Shown one piece after another: positions 40,556-56,153 of a stretch of 64,000 nt of DNA. Both the position numbers and the translations under genes were made by a program. Within the stretch, counting starts at the first letter, position 1, and each line of letters starts with the position of its first letter. Below the pieces are notes generated by a model. It did not search any database. It was not told where the DNA came from and was given only the letters and a program-made list of their open reading frames with translations. Source of the stretch: Eledone cirrhosa (Eukaryota); the NCBI GenBank assembly GCA_964016885.1, contig OZ024743.1, forward strand, positions 346,456,001 to 346,520,000. Direction: 5' to 3'.

Positions 40556-41910
40556 ATACATACATACATATGCATGTGCATGTGTGAGTGTGAGTGTGTT
40601 TGTATGTTTTCACCACTGGCTACGATTTTCTTATTTCCCTTCATATAACATGTTATATTGTGTGATATTGTGGTCAACTATCTGATCTGAAGGGAAAGAA
40701 TATATTTAGAAAGAAAAAAGGATATAATAGTATATTATGTTACTGTTTGAAATACTCACGGTTCTGTGTAATACGTCATACTAAACAGTAAGAACGGCAT
40801 AACCCATGATGGTTCTATAATAATTGTTTCTATTTTAGGCACAAGGCCAGCAATTACCCTAGGACATTGTCCCGATTATTATTCCGTTTATTTGAGTGTT
40901 TGTGAAATAATGCATGAATTGTATTGAGACACATTAATATACTTATGCGTTTATATATATATATATATTTATATACGATATTAAATAAATGGAAACTATA
41001 TTTATAAAACCATATTTATTTCAATCTATATATTTCAGGGATATCATATTAACAATATGTTATGCCTTCTTCAGACAAAATACAATATAGACAGTTTTAT
41101 AAATAAATAGATTTGACATACCGTTCAACATCGACTTGTATTTGAAAAGTTGATTTGGCAGTGAAAAATTGTAAACAGAAAGAAAGAAAGAAAGAAGGAA
41201 AGAAAGAAAGAAAGAAAACGAAGAAAAAGAAGAAATGCATGCAACTAAATAGAGAGATGGAAAGATAGATAAAGAGAAGAACTTCATGTAAAGAAACAGA
41301 AGATATATAGAGAGAGGAAATAGATAGAGATAGATATATATAGAGAAAAGTAGGTAGTTGAACATCCGTTGAATGACGTATCAATGATACATTTATTTAT
41401 TTATTATTTAGCTCTAGTATTAATGTAAGGGAGATATATGTGGTTAGGAGAGAAACCAGCCGTTATATAGAGAGAAAAAATGAAAAGTAACCAGACATAG
41501 GCGAGGCAGAATTTAAAAACCCTATGTTTCAATGTAGAAATATTAGTTCGTATTAAAACCAGGCACTATAATGTAAATATCAGTATTCATGACTGAGACA
41601 CGTATCTATAATGTGTGAAAAGTAATGATCTTATGTCTAGTTTTAAAAATTCATATGTTTATATGATAACTACAAACATCGATGTGAATTTACGTGATCA
41701 ACTCTGCAAACTCCTATTTCACACGGAGAACATTCTCATTGTGCTATAAAAATTTAAGTATACATATATGTGTATATATACACATATATATAGAGTCTAT
41801 ATTAATTTTAACAATACCATTCTTGTCTTTACTCTACATGATTATCTATCAAGCAGAAATAGAGAACAGATTTCAATATATTAATAAAAATATCAGAAAC
41901 AAAAACAAAA

Positions 41911-41946
<36 letters not shown>

Positions 41947-42396
41947 AAACAGAAAACTAAAAAATATTACATATTAAAAATAAATATATTAAAAATATTA
42001 AAAAAGATTAAAATAATAAAAATAAAAACATAGTATGCCACGCAAATCGACCACAAAGATCAACCCTTCAAAATTAATTGACAATATATTGCCAAGTTCA
42101 TTATAAGCATCTACATATATTCATTATAAGCATCTACATATATTTATATATATATGTAGATAAATCTACCAAAATATACGGTAGTGTCCAATCCGTATAA
42201 AGAACTCAATGTAATCCAAATATCATGAAAAGAGAAGATGCATTCAAAAATGTTCGTTGAAAATCATATGAAAATAGAGTTAAGATAAATTAATAAAAAA
42301 CAATGAATAAAAACAAAGAACAAGTTCCTTATATTAAATAATTCATCATTTTACGATCGTTTCTAGGATATATATCATATGTATATATATATATGT

Positions 42397-42428
<32 letters not shown>

Positions 42429-42548
42429 TTTGTGTGTGTGTGTGTGTGTATGTGTGTGTGTATATGTGTATTTACATGCACGCGCACGCACACATACACA
42501 CACATATATATATATATGTATATATATATATATGTGTGTGTGTGTGTA

Positions 42549-42848
42549 ATAGAATTAGAATTTATCTTTGAACATAGTTGTATACAAATATGTATCTGAA
42601 TGTCGTATTTGGTGGCGTTAGCTGTCACCGTTTTTCAAAGCTATGGCATTCTAAATGTTTATTATGAACATACTGTATTTCTTTAAAAATACGAAATTCA
42701 GATACATATTTGTATACAGCTCTGTTCGAAGCTAAATTCTAATTCTATGCTATATTAAGTTGAGCCAACTTACACAGCTTCATATGCAAATGAGATTAAT
42801 CACCTCATTTACTCAGACGTAAAACTATATATTTTCGCCTGTTTTCAA
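42549..42848 (+). mobile_element. Permuted relative of the 34681-34960 repeat with an inverted 5' duplication
   Basis: 42614-42745 resembles 34843-34950; 42792-42848 resembles 34681-34738; 42549-42610 is the inverse of 42687-42748. Confidence 0.65.
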
Positions 42849-44007
42849 AGTGCGGAAGTTACAAGAACGACTGTGCCTTGGATATGTACCTATTTGTTAT
42901 TTAAAAAGAAAATTGAGTATGAACCATAATAACAATACTTTAATATATGTTATGTACAGACTTCATATAGCAGTCCATTTAGTGTCCTTGTAATTCTATG
43001 AATTACTTATGAATATTTTAAATTGTCAGAACCTAACATTTGGCCAAGCTTTCGATGTTGGCTATTTGTGTATTACTCTTCCCTTTTTATGTTTAGTTTT
43101 TGTATAACTATGTATATATTCATATGGTTCACTTTTTTTTAGAATAAAGAAAAGAAAATTAAAGAATACGTAAACTTAAATTTCAGGACATCTTTCATAT
43201 TCGGTTCAATGATAATGCAATCTCATTTTTCGGTTGTTGAAACGAATATATGAATGGATGGTCGATTGCAAAATTGTGTAAGGTTATCTTTTGTAAGGAG
43301 AAAATTATTTAGACTGAAATATCAAGGAAGTATTGTGGTTTCAAGATGTGCTATTCAGGAAACTACCAAGACGAAATATGAGACTGGATGAACTGAAGAT
43401 AGAAGATGATATAGGAGACTCACACAACTATTTAAAACCACTGTCAAATGATTAAAGCTTACCTTATAGAGAATGATAGCCTCTGATAACCACCAGATAT
43501 CCTCTGATATAGTCGAAACAAATGGCACGTAGCTACATTCTTTGGTCGTCAGGAGGTCATAAATCATCGAATGTATTAATTTTTGTATAATCAAAAGGAA
43601 ATTGTCCTCAATAGTGGCTTACATATGCTAGAAAATACAGAGTGTTGCACTGATCTATAGATATGATTTTTGTGGAGAAATTTGTCCAAACGTGTGATTT
43701 CCATTACAAACTCACAGCATATAAAGAGTGAATCGGAAAAAAGCTGAAAAGAAATATGTTTAAAACCTACAATCAAAGATGAAATCTGCTCTGTTGATTG
43801 GCTATTTATTTTGTCAGTCAATGGAATTGGGTACCAATACAAAATTGTCGAAGGAATATTGAAGGAATATCATCGTATATTATTCAACCACACTATTCAA
43901 TGTCAAAGGTGTTTTATTTGGAACAATTTCACTTTGCCTTATGTAACAAATCCAGACATACTGTTAGAAACATGAAAATGCATTTGGCAGTGGACTAACG
44001 GCTGGAG

Positions 44008-44192
44008 CAGGGATTCCTACACCTTTTCAAACGCGGAACCCCTTTTGATTCTGAAACGTTTTGGGGAACCCCAAAGTCTAATAGTGTTATATGGTCGTAA
44101 TATAATTAAACTCCTTTACCTTTTTTCACGGAAACCTAGGCACTCCTTTGCGGAATTCTTTGGCTCCGCGGAACACATTTTGGGAACCATTG
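44008..44192. mobile_element. hAT-type MITE
   Basis: Ends cagggattcc / gggaaccattg; internal gcggaac subterminal motifs; 8-bp flanks ggctggag / gtctagag (6/8 match). Confidence 0.65.
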
Positions 44193-44873
44193 GTCTAGAG
44201 GGAACAGCTATTACCGTGGCAGTCATATAGCCAGGACCCGAACGTTGCTGAAATTTTGTGGGATGCTTTAGATAAAAGTAAGCCAAGAATCTAAAGCAAT
44301 GCTCAGAAAATTCCATCAGAGGGCATGGGATATTTTTCCACAAGATTATATTATATTGCCAAATTACAGATAACATTCCAAAAATTACTGAAACTGCGTA
44401 ATCACCCAAATTTGACCATAGTGATTATTAGCAATAAAATTAATTTATAATCCGATATTCCTAAAATATTCACATAAATTATATTATCTATGTACATATT
44501 TGAATATTAAATAAACTTTTATTATTCTATACATATTCTGATAGTGTATAAGAAAAGATTATATATACTTAAGATATTTTATTATTCGTGTAACATATAT
44601 ATATATATATCAGAATGAATATGTATATATAATAAAAGTTTATTTAATAGTATTTTGTACATATATAAAGCGCATAATATTTAGGAGAGATAAGTACTTG
44701 AAAGTGTAAAAAGTTCTTTCCTTATGGTATCATTTGAAAAGCGTAACAAAAATCGATCTAAGCAATCAATCATCGATCCCCAACTATCGATTTTGTTAAA
44801 GCTAGTGGTAATACGAATTAATCATCAGAGGAATTTCGTCTTTAAATAAAGTTCCAATAGAGTATAGAGTACA

Positions 44874-44904
<31 letters not shown>

Positions 44905-45174
44905 GATGTGTATTATGCTTATGTAAAATAAACACAGGACGAGAATCTGGCTGTGATATATTCAAATCTGTCATCATGTCACAGGAGTCTCAGATTGCCA
45001 GATTGCTATTTCTGGATGTCTTATCCGTTATTAGTGACATCTACTCACTTGCTAATGTGAGAAAATAGGCTAGAACCTGTATGGATTATAAATATGAAAT
45101 ATCTGGATATTCTCATTTGCAAATAGTTTGAACTTGACTGCTGATAGCGCGGTTCTTTATATATGTATATATTC

Positions 45175-45960
45175 TTGATCTCACCATACTATTATCCCCT
45201 TTATCACGTTAGAGGACGCCTTCCGAGTGGTCGTTTCCGCTCGCGCTGGTACCACTCCACAATTACACGGATTCAGCGATTATCAGTGAATCATGCGACA
45301 TGTCCGGCCCATCTGAGTTTGTTCGACAGTACTCAATGATAACGTCCTTCACTCCGATATGTTCCCTTATCTGTTTGTTTCGCATGAGATCTCTTTGCGC
45401 CGTTGTAAACCGTTGTTCTTCCCTCTTCGTCGTAGCCCATGTTTCATTTGCATAGAGCATTGTAGTGTTGGAGTGTTTGCGGGAGTGGCTTTGTCGAGGT
45501 TCGCTTTCGGCCCATTATTCACTAAGTTGAACGCTCTTATTTTCCACAAAATCTCATTATCCATGTCACGTCATATGGTCATAGCTTGACCGAGATACAT
45601 AACTTTCCCCTCCTCGATTTCAACAACAATGTGACATGTTGCACGCCGTCGGTCCGCATGTACTTTGCTTTCGCATGATTGATCCTCAGGTCGACCGCCG
45701 AACCTCTGGTGTTCAGCTCCTCCTGCATTGTCACTAGGTGCCCGGTATCTTCTATGATGAGAGTAATATCATCTGCGAACTGGAGGAGAGTGAGCGGCTC
45801 ACCGTTGAATTGCACGCTGCTGTCCAATTTCGAGACATGCCAGGAGAGATTGAATCTTCTTGTTTGACACGCTTCTCGCTTAAATGTGACGCAGAGTTGC
45901 TCCTGGCCTTCCGGTAGCTCAGGTGGTTGGGTATGCCTATGTATACCCTGGAGGTCCAAC
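45175..45960 (-). mobile_element. Degenerate RTE-clade LINE fragment
   Basis: NGEPLTLLQFADDITLI, LRINHAKAKYM, MLYANETWATTK. Confidence 0.78.
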
Positions 45961-48403
45961 CTAGCAACAAATGCATCGAACTCTCAAACATTCTGATCGA
46001 CTGCCTTCATAAAAGCGGGTGCAAAATCTGTTCAGTAGAATTTGATGATCAGCTAAACTGAAGAGGTAAATAGCCTGCCCACCAAATAAGCGGGGTATAT
46101 ATAAGTAGATACAATTACTGTTTTGAATTATGTGCCTCGGCTGTGATAATAATGACCAGTGGAGTGTAAATCTCACTCTAAACTGGAACAAATAGAAAAT
46201 TATCAATAAGCATATTACTGAGAAGTTTTGTCTCATCGCCCAGGAAATTACATGCTTCAAGCTCAGTCTTTCGATAGATAGACTCGACAACTTTGTAGCA
46301 TCGTCAGAATTCTTAATAGAATGCTTCGAAATATCCCTTCGCACACTAATTTCAAAGCCCGTTAACATCAAATTAGTATTCCATTATTTCGAGGTCGAAA
46401 AAAAGATTTACAAGCTCAGTACTGGGGACCCTTGCTTATTTATTTATTTATTCCTTTATTTGTTTATTTATTTATTTATTCTCTCTCTTTCTATCTTTCT
46501 TTCTCTCTCTCTCTATTTTCTTGTTGAAAAGTCGACTATGTTCAAACCTGAAGAGAGTTGGCTTCTGCCTTGTTTAGATGACCGAGACACACCGTTCGGC
46601 ATGATAGATGCTGAAAGTGTGGAAGGAAGGCAGAAGCCCACGGATGTGTGGAAGGAAGGCAGAAGACAATTAACACTAATAGAAGAGGGGGGAAGTGCTC
46701 ATGATTTTTTCAGATCCCATAAAGAATACATAGAGATAGCTGATGTTAAACTACGACGTTTGTAGGTCGATGAATTGCATTTTGGAACCCCAAAACAATT
46801 AAGATGCTGATTTAATCTGGCTTGAATAAGTTAATTTGATGGGAGATATATCAACTCCAAGACAGAATGCTATTCAAATTATTTCAGGGAAGAGTCTTCG
46901 AGTCGGTTACCTATTTTCTCTACTCTAGTGACATTATACCAACAATATCTATGTGTACTACCTGACTGAATCAAGAAATACCAGTAGTGTGTTTGAACGT
47001 ATGATATAAGAATTTAATTTCATACAACATATAATCAATTATGCTTCCCCTACAATATAAGAAGGGTAATAGCAAGCCATATTGAAGGAAATATCGAAGC
47101 AGTATAATTTCAATGTAGCAAATTGCCTGTTATATCTAAACGTATTTATATTTATTATATTTAATTTTAAAGTTGAAGAAACATATAAGATGGAGCAGGA
47201 GGAACATGTAAGCTGAAGAGAGCAAATTAATTTAAGAATAATATGAGAAAATGATACAAAGATGAATGTAATCAGATTGAGGTGGGAAGACATTGTAATT
47301 CATCATGATGTAAATAACAGATAATATAGTAATAGGACTTTATATTCTACGATTAACGAGGATTTTTAAATAGAAAGAGGGAATAAAAATTAAAAGAACC
47401 TCAAGAAAACCATTACAAGAAAAATTTAAAACGATAATGACAATATGACAAGGTTGTCGTTTATTACGATGATGTACTTTGGAGAAGATGATAATATTGA
47501 CAATGACGATGATGGTGATGTTGACAATAACAGAATTAGAAGTAAATGAAAATGCTTAAAAAGAAAATACAATTATAATTAGTTTGTAGAGGTGCACATA
47601 TGAAGGAAATGGAGAAAGATTGGACGGAGAGAAAGAAAAATGTGGAAAAGTAATTAAATTGATTTGCTCTCTGTTTGTTTTCTATATTTTGTTTTTGGTT
47701 TTGACGTAAATCAGTACGCAACAGCGATCTCTATAGTAAAACCTGACATCGAGTAACCAAATAAGTTATTTCTGTTCCCTCTTATGTATCTAGATATCAA
47801 TGAATCTCTCTCTCTATATATATATATATGTATATATATATTATATATATATATGTGTGTGTGTGTATATGTGTTGTGTGTGTGTGGGGGGGGGGTTCTC
47901 CTATTTCACAAATACAGTAGCCCCACAGGTTCACGTATTATCGGTATTCTGGAAAAGCTATTTCTCGGAGGTCTCCCATCTTTGCGAGGCTTCCATTACA
48001 GTTTTGGCTAACGCTGATTAGAACTTAACCCCTAAGGCATAAATTCACACCGGGGTTTATATTCATTAAATCTGTGGATCATTTTACTAGCTTGTTACCG
48101 CCGGCAAAAAAGTGCATATATTTATACATATGTGTGTGTGTGCGTGTGTGTGTGGGGTGTGTGTGTGACTGTGATCGTCATTTTGGTGACAATATACTTA
48201 TCTCTCTTCCTTGTGCATCATTATCCCTTTTCTCTTTTATTCAACTATTTCGGTTCCCTTCCCAATGTATTTTTTTGTATGCGTTTATATATGTATTTGT
48301 TTCTTGCAATGCTTACAGTTGATATACTGTAAAATTTTACATCTAAATGGAATTTTGAAAAAATGAAGCTCCACACAGGCAAGCATAAACACACACACAC
48401 ACG

Positions 48404-48470
<67 letters not shown>

Positions 48471-50060
48471 CACACATACATACACACACATACAGACACA
48501 CACATACAGACACACACACACATACATACACACAGAGACACACGTACACACGCGCACACACACACACACACATACATATATATATAATAGATATTTTTAT
48601 GTATGTAAGTATTTGTGTGGGTGTAATATGTATGTATGGTGTATGTTTTCATAATCTTTCGTTTAATTGTTTGTTGTTGGAGATGTTGTTTTGGAGGAAT
48701 ACATTGGTTGAGCTTACATGTTCACGCCCATCAATAATATTATATAAAATACATGTATCAAACCTGCCAGCCTACCATGTATCAGACCTACCATGAAAAC
48801 AAAAGTGCCCCAAAACGGGGAGAAATGAGGCAAAATTGAGAGAGTTTACATAATGAAACATTTACCCATTTTACAAGAGAACACATCTGTCACCCATCCG
48901 AAAGTGGGTGAAAGATCTTCCCGTCCGACGGGGACATTTGGCAGCTCTAGTCTATGCCAATGTGACTTGGTGACAACATCATCATCGCCATCACCACCAC
49001 ATCTACCACTACTACTACGCTCATTTTTGTTGAGATTATTTAACAAAAACTGGACAACACTTATACTAGATCCACAACTTTCACTATAATAATCCCTATT
49101 AATACTACAGATATGTATGTATGTCCGTGTGTATGTAGTTATGTATGTGTGTGTATGTATGTATGTATATCAAGGTCTCTTTCGAGTGCTACTGGTAACA
49201 TGTAACCCAGCACAACCTGTCTCATGGTCGGGTCGCCGGCAACTAAACGGCAACCCCACGAAGCTAGCTTGGTGAGGATGGTGATATTTGGACAACCTGC
49301 GGGAGGAAATATAAGACCCGGCAAAGGGCGGAGGAATTCATCAGAGGCAACGGCCACCCAAAAAGTTTTTATTATTATTATTTTTTTTTTTTAAATAAAT
49401 TACCTAAAATGGATGTTTGCAGAAATATATATAGATAATATACACAAAATCATACAAGGCTGTCGAGTTAGGCAATAAACTCCAGTAGCGACGCCTGTTC
49501 AGTGCTCGATTCGAACATTTGAGCAAAAGTCCAGTTTAAAATGTCTGAGCAGGTTTTATATTTTATTTCCTAACATCAACAATCCGCACACTATCTCAAT
49601 GCTTGTATATGATATCGTACACACTACTAGTAAGAATAGAACGTTTCTATATAAATCTTAATATATTCGACTGTCCTTCCTCTATCAGTGTATAGATGGA
49701 CAAATAATATTGAACCAGTGCCATAAGCGATGTTCTCATTCTTCATAACATACAATATGTTTTCGAAAAATCATCTGAACTTCCAAATTATATAACTTCT
49801 CGCTATGTCATAACGGGCTGAGTTTTCGACTTCGCAGATGTTGCTGCTGCTCATGCTGCTGTTGCTGTTGTTGTCATTGTCGTTATGGTCATCATTTTTT
49901 TTTTCGTTGTTGTTGCTGCTGCTTGGGTCCACAGTTATATGACTTTTGGGTTGTTGGCAGGGTCAAGTTTTCCAAAACTATCTTAGTAAAGAAACACCAA
50001 ACTTTAAAGAAAATACAACTTCATGCACGTCTTCTTACAGCTTACAGTCTTACCATAGAG

Positions 50061-50241
50061 CAGATATGTCAAACATGCGGCTCTTTACAAGCACACATGC
50101 GGCCCACACAATGGTTTTATCTTCGTAATATAAAATTTAAAAAATAGTTATAATGTGCGCAATTAGTTATCGTGTGTGACCCTGAGACAACACATATGTG
50201 ACTCATGTGGCCCTCGGGGAACCCTCAGTTTGACATGCCTG
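50061..50241. mobile_element. hAT-type MITE
   Basis: TIR cagatatgtcaaac / gtttgacatgcctg with tgcggccc-type subterminal motifs. Confidence 0.62.
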
Positions 50242-50519
50242 CCACTAGAAAAACCAACCTGTTCCCAAAGGAGCAGAAAGCACACTACAAATGCACCATT
50301 AGAGGAGTAATTACGGATTAAGAAGAGCATAACTGTAGGAGAAGAAAGAAAGGTCTGATTATGATATTTGTGAGTATTCCATTCCTCATGCTTCTTGTGA
50401 ATATTAACCATGAATAAGGTAGCAATATTAATAATCAAATACATTAAACGCATCTTCGGTGAATATCAAACACTTAAGCAGATACAATAAAAGAGGAAAT
50501 TATAAAAATTAACCTGATC

Positions 50520-51900
50520 TGTACTAAAGGCAGAATATTGTAAGTTGACTCACTGACTCCACTCCTTTTCAGTCAAGATCCAACACACGTAAACAGGTTA
50601 AGCGAGACTATACACAATTACAAACGATATGAGATAATTGCTAATCCTTTACATATGGACGACAGTTCGTTGTATGTTGCTGATGAGAAAGAGAAAAAAC
50701 TAGAACCATTGTTATAAATAATAAACAGAAATACTTTATTATATAGGAGTTGTTATTCGTATTAAATAAATGTACCAAAGCAAACTTTAAGATAGGGATA
50801 ATAATTATAATAACAACACTAATATCATCTGAGATAAAGTAACAGAGATACGTGTATTTTCTGAAAAACCGACTAATATATATCTGATAGACAATGAGAT
50901 GTATAGCTCATGAATGTAATTGTTAAAATATCGTATTAAAACCTTATTTGCAAAATTGCGTCAAATGCAAAATATAAGGCAATGAGCATCAATACCACTT
51001 CCATCTAGATATAGTCGTTGTTTCTTTCACAAATGTTCGTGTCTCTGATAATGTTGTTTTGGATGGACGATGTAAATTCCTCTTTTCAGGTGTCAAAAAT
51101 GATTGCACATGTGGGAATGGGGATACTGATGGGAGGGAAGATTTGCCTTTTGAAACATAGGCTGAAAGAAATGTCCCTGTGGGTGGTGTAAGCTTATGTG
51201 CCAAACAAAGCGTCCGAATACAGATCCTTCCGTGATGAAATCACTGCAACGTTAGATATAATTAAGACTTAATGAGGGACTTCACCGCATGTACTGTATG
51301 GCATGGAAAGGAGTGATTTTCTGGAGCCGTGTGGTTTTCGCCTAGAACGAAGAAGAAAAGAAAAAAGAAGAAGAAGAAGAAGAAGAAGAAGAAGAAGAAG
51401 AAGAAGAAGAAGAAGAAGGCATAAATATTGAAACGATTCAAGCAAAAATGGTTCAATATGTTTTAAAAGAACTCTAAATTAATTAGTAAGACTAGACAGA
51501 AGAAAGGCAAACAAAAGGAACAACGCAAAATCTAATATATCATACTTACGACGATTATAGGGAACTAGGGCCTTATGGAACTAGAAAGTTACAGTAAAAT
51601 ATCATCAGTGGAGAACAGAATCAACAAAGGATACGGCGAAAAGGCTAAACATTTAGCTGAAATTGGATTACAGAATGGCATGCTAACCCGAGGAGATGAA
51701 ACGCTCCTAAATGATCAATACGTTAAAAAAATTATCAGCATTGACATAGACAAAGAAAAATCGCAACACAGACAGGGAAGCATACAAAATGGTGAAACTT
51801 AGTGTTGTAAATAATCAAAGTTTCTTCAACAATAAGAAAATAAGACATGCGTTGGAGCAGAGTAAATTACGTAACTGAAGAAGTTATGTAGATGTGGAGG
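50520..51900 (+). mobile_element. Highly degenerate R4/Dong-like RT remnant
   Basis: LHMDD-like word at ~50648-50662 and an R..GTRGLMELES-like stretch at ~51540-51590 resembling RRSEGGRGLISIED of copy B; heavily disrupted. Confidence 0.35.
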
Positions 51901-52019
51901 AAAATATGAACCATGTTTTCGTGTAGAAGGAATACTCCTACTCGCATGATAGTGCTTGGATTTGAACACGTTCTAAATTGTGCCAGAATTAAGTATTTTT
52001 TTGATGCCCAGATCCTCTC

Positions 52020-55000
52020 CATGCGCGTCGTCGCATTTCCTCACCACAAATCCACTATAGAACTGGAAAGTGGAAGTTCTACTGACAGCATTGCCGGCCT
52101 GGTTGAGATCAGTGAGCGCCTGATAACATTCCAATTGCTAGGCGCACAGTCTCGGTCTATCATGACCCAAGACTGTAGCTCAATCAAAGAGACGAGCTAC
52201 GGAAAGGTCCGTCTGACAAATGGCGACCATACCTGTTCACAGTTTAGAGAGAATATCAGGAGATGCTGCTTCGTCAGCGCATGTTTGCACATCACTAGCC
52301 ACGGCATGGCCAGCCCTCCAGGTAGAAAGTGCTAGCAGCAGGTGGACTACCTCACCAACAGGACCTGTCCCCTCCAAAAGAAATTGAAGAGAAGCCGTTC
52401 CCATTTCACAAGGCACGAACAGAGTCAATTTAAGACGGTCAGGCGGCTGTAGATGATGAACGTGATGAATGCGTTCACTACAACCATTCGACCTTTCAGA
52501 GAAAGCTTCCTCAGGGCCTATTTTGGGGTGAGAGTGGCCACCCTACTCTTAACCTCGTCCCAATTTTTATCTATCTGGAGGTCTGGTCCGGACCAAAACT
52601 GGAACAACTTTAACGGACACCTGTCCAGCGCTCGACGTCGCACTTGGAAGGCATGGGCTTGCTTCTCCAGATGCCCAGCTGCAAGCCAACCTAACATTCC
52701 TAGTTTAGTTTCCCACCCGTCAACTTTTCAAATTCCTCCAAGAAGGTGCTCGAACCATCACGGTGATGTCGCCCACAGAAGCCGACGCAGCCTTTCAGCG
52801 TCCCGGTTAAATAGGCTTGCCCTGCAAAAATTCCAACTTCCGCAGTAAAGGCTCGATAGTCAACACATACAGAAGGGAAGTGATAGGGCGCCCTTCACCC
52901 CCGAGAAGATGCTGCTGTGCATTGCACCGATCCAGCTTCTGAAGACGCGACCGAAACAAGCTGCCTAGAGGACAGCCTTCATGTATCGATGCTTGACCCT
53001 ATCGAAGGCTTTGGATTGATCAGTGCCCCCACCAAAGCCAGATTTGCACATACCCTCTCTATGATGTATCACATGAAATGGAGGTTGTCGTGTATGGACC
53101 TGGTCAGTATCGCGTATTCCCTGACAAATATTCGACAAGCGCCAACATCTTCGCTAACACCTTGCCCAAAATCTTAAACTCTGTTTTGAGCAGAATTGTG
53201 GACCTGAAGTTATCTAACATATCCCACTTGTTTTCATCTTTCCTCATCCGTGTCACTGCGTCCCAGCTCAGACAGTTGCAGTATAACGCTTCGAGGAGAT
53301 CGGGGAACAAGTCTGGAATATCTACGTAAAGCTCGTAGGGCTAACTAACAAAACCGGGTGATTTGCGCCTCGTGCAGCCGAAGTTAGCGGCCTTTCGCTG
53401 CGCTCAGCAGCGGCCGGCGAAAGACGATGTATGCCGTCGACGTAGTCACCGAAATCCGCCACCGTATCCGGCCCACACTCCCCACCAACAGCCGATCAAA
53501 GTGCTAGAGAAAGGCTTCACACATCCACGTAGAATCGTTCAGCTCGCGTCCGTCTCAGTCCGTCAAAGACACAATTGTGGTATGTTCCCACGCTGTGCCT
53601 TTACCACGTGAACACATCGAACACCTTTCGTTCCCTTGTTTTTAGAGCACGCGCCTTAGCTCTGCCAATGCATCCTTTGTGTTTCGCATTCAATGGTACA
53701 ACGCCATTCTCGCCGCTAGTACGTCAGTTTCAAATAGTATCGTCTAACTTAGCTACCAGTTCCCCCTCCTTTCTATTTTTTTCTAACGCTGATTCTTTGT
53801 TTAACCTATATAAATTACTCTAGTCTCTCTCTTGAGAACACTCTACCACTTGTTGACGATCACCCCTGTCAACTTTTAATTAACGAAATTGTTCACCCGT
53901 TCCCTGTAAGATGTACGTGCTGGAAACTACATGTTCAGCTTCTTGTAACCAGGTCCTAACCTGCGTGTCTTTTATTTGGTCGCCCATACAGATCACAAAC
54001 TTGTGAACTGTATAGCCGACTCTTTGAACAAGTGCCAGCCCACACTATTCCTATCTATTTTCCTAATGAAGAACTTATCTGTATACGATCTAGATGACAC
54101 TATTCGGTTGATCTAGGTCCCTACTGGTGCATTAGGGAAATCTAGTCGGTACATGTCAGACAGTTGGAACTGCCTGATCAGGTATTTGAGGCTTCTGCAG
54201 CCCCCTCTTCTAGCAGATACTCCCACACAATCCCAGCTAGAGTCTAAGACGCCGTTCAAGTACCCCGCTAACTGTAAAGGGCGAGACGTTCCAAGAAAGT
54301 CTTCCGTGCGCCTAAATATGTCCGGCCGTCCGGCCCCGGTGGAGGCATAGACGTCCACCAATCTAAAGGCTCCACCTTTGGTGTTGTTCACCGAGAGAGG
54401 AATGGGAGAGCTTTCCTTGTTTGCCCCCTGGGTGGCCAAAGTTGGTGATGACGATTCCGCTGATGTTGCTGCTGGTGGTGTTCCCGGTACTGGTGTTGTT
54501 GGTGGTTCCCGGCCCGGCTACGGCAGCAGTGGGGACTTACGACCCCTTACATGTTTCAGTTGGGGGCAGAAGGCTCGCAAATGCATTGTTTCAGCGGACA
54601 CGAAACAGTGAGGGCTTTTTCACTCGGTCAATTTGTGAAGGACCGTCCTATTTTGAAGACGGATGTGTTCCGGAATATTTCTCACGTCTTCAGGTCTGAT
54701 CTGGAGAAGTATATCCAAGTCAACCCCGGACAAACCCTCCCTGGTAATTCTTGTTACCTCGACTGGGACGGTATCTGCCCCGACATCAATCATGCATCCT
54801 AAGAGCCACCACAAGTCTATTCATCAGGGAACCTGGGAATGCGGACTCTCGTTGTTATTTTTCACACGTGGGACGGGTACATAATAACCTTTCTGGTTTG
54901 GAAAAGTGTCATTGCATGTTTAATAACGAGGAATTCTGCCCCTCGCTATGTACTTGATGTCATCCGTGATGCACCCCATGTCAGCTTCTATTTCGGTTTG

Positions 55001-55350
55001 GGGAATTATTGCCGCTTTTTTTTTTACTACATTTAAATGCATCAAAAGTGCACCTTTACCCTTTCTACCACTTCTATGACTTCAGCCGAGAAAGGTAAGT
55101 TGGCCCAGGTTTGCTCTTGTTTAATGACCTTCCAGGCCTGGTCCAAATTTTATCTTTTCCCCTGAGTTCCATGGTGAAGCATGGCCTCTTTTTGGATGCA
55201 TCAACGAAAGAATTATTGTTGTTCTGTGTGCAGTTGTTGTTGTTTTCTCTGTTGCCGTTGGTATTGTTATTTTTATTTACATTATTGCTCTTGGAGTTTT
55301 TCTTATTGATGCTTTCTTTACTTGTTTCATTGATGCAGTTGTTGCAGAAC
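52020..55350 (-). mobile_element. Degenerate Tx1 LINE (copy 4), truncated at both ends and internally deleted
   Basis: Minus-strand ORFs MWWLLGCMIDVGADTVPVE, GGAFRLVDVYASTGAGRPD and DNFRSTILLKTEFKILGKVLA are colinear with copy 2. Confidence 0.88.
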
Positions 55351-55765
55351 GTAAAGAGACGTAACTTTGCTGGAAAAAATGTTGTCGGACCCTCTACCGA
55401 TACTGCCAATCCAAAATAATAATAATAATAATAATAATTATAATAATAATTGTTTCTACTTTTGGCACAAGGCCAGCAAATCTCCAGTACATTACTGGTA
55501 CTTTATTTTATCGACCCCGTAAGGGTGAAAGGCAAAGTGAATCTCGGCGGGATTTGAACTCAGACCGCAAAGGAATGTAACTATGCTGGAAAATGAGAAT
55601 GATAATAATTGTTTCTACTTTTGGCACAAGGACATCAAATACCTAGTGCATTACTGGTACCTTATTTTATCAACTCCGTAAGGATGAAAGCCAAAGTGAA
55701 TCTCGGCGGGATTTGAACTCAGACCGTAAAGGAACGTAACTATGCTGGAAAATGAGAATGATAAT
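55351..55765 (-). mobile_element. SINE cluster: SINE head (55351-55412), (AAT)n, and two tandem 5'-truncated SINEs
   Basis: 55448-55590 matches 55607-55750; each is followed on the plus strand by aatgagaatgataataat. Confidence 0.82.
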
Positions 55766-56057
55766 AATAGTGATACTTACACTACCATATCTATATCTCA
55801 AATTACAGGTTCTTGGTATGGCGGAGAAACCAATGGCAAGACTATATGTTCTGAAAGGTCACAGCGTACAATTCTTCAAAGAGCACGTGCAGATGTGATG
55901 ATGAACTGCGTCTAGAACTTTCGAAACGTTGTGATATACAAAATACAAAAGAAAGTTATATGAATTTACAGTTTGGCGATTATTTTTCTATCGGGAATTT
56001 TGAAAATCAAATAATGTGCGGCAGAGTGTGTATGTAGGCGCGCGTGTGTATTTGCGC

Positions 56058-56153
<96 letters not shown>

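Noticed and set aside
46460-46765. 101-aa ORF with natural-looking composition
   Set aside because: No recognisable motif or convincing splice context; would need BLASTX or RNA-seq.
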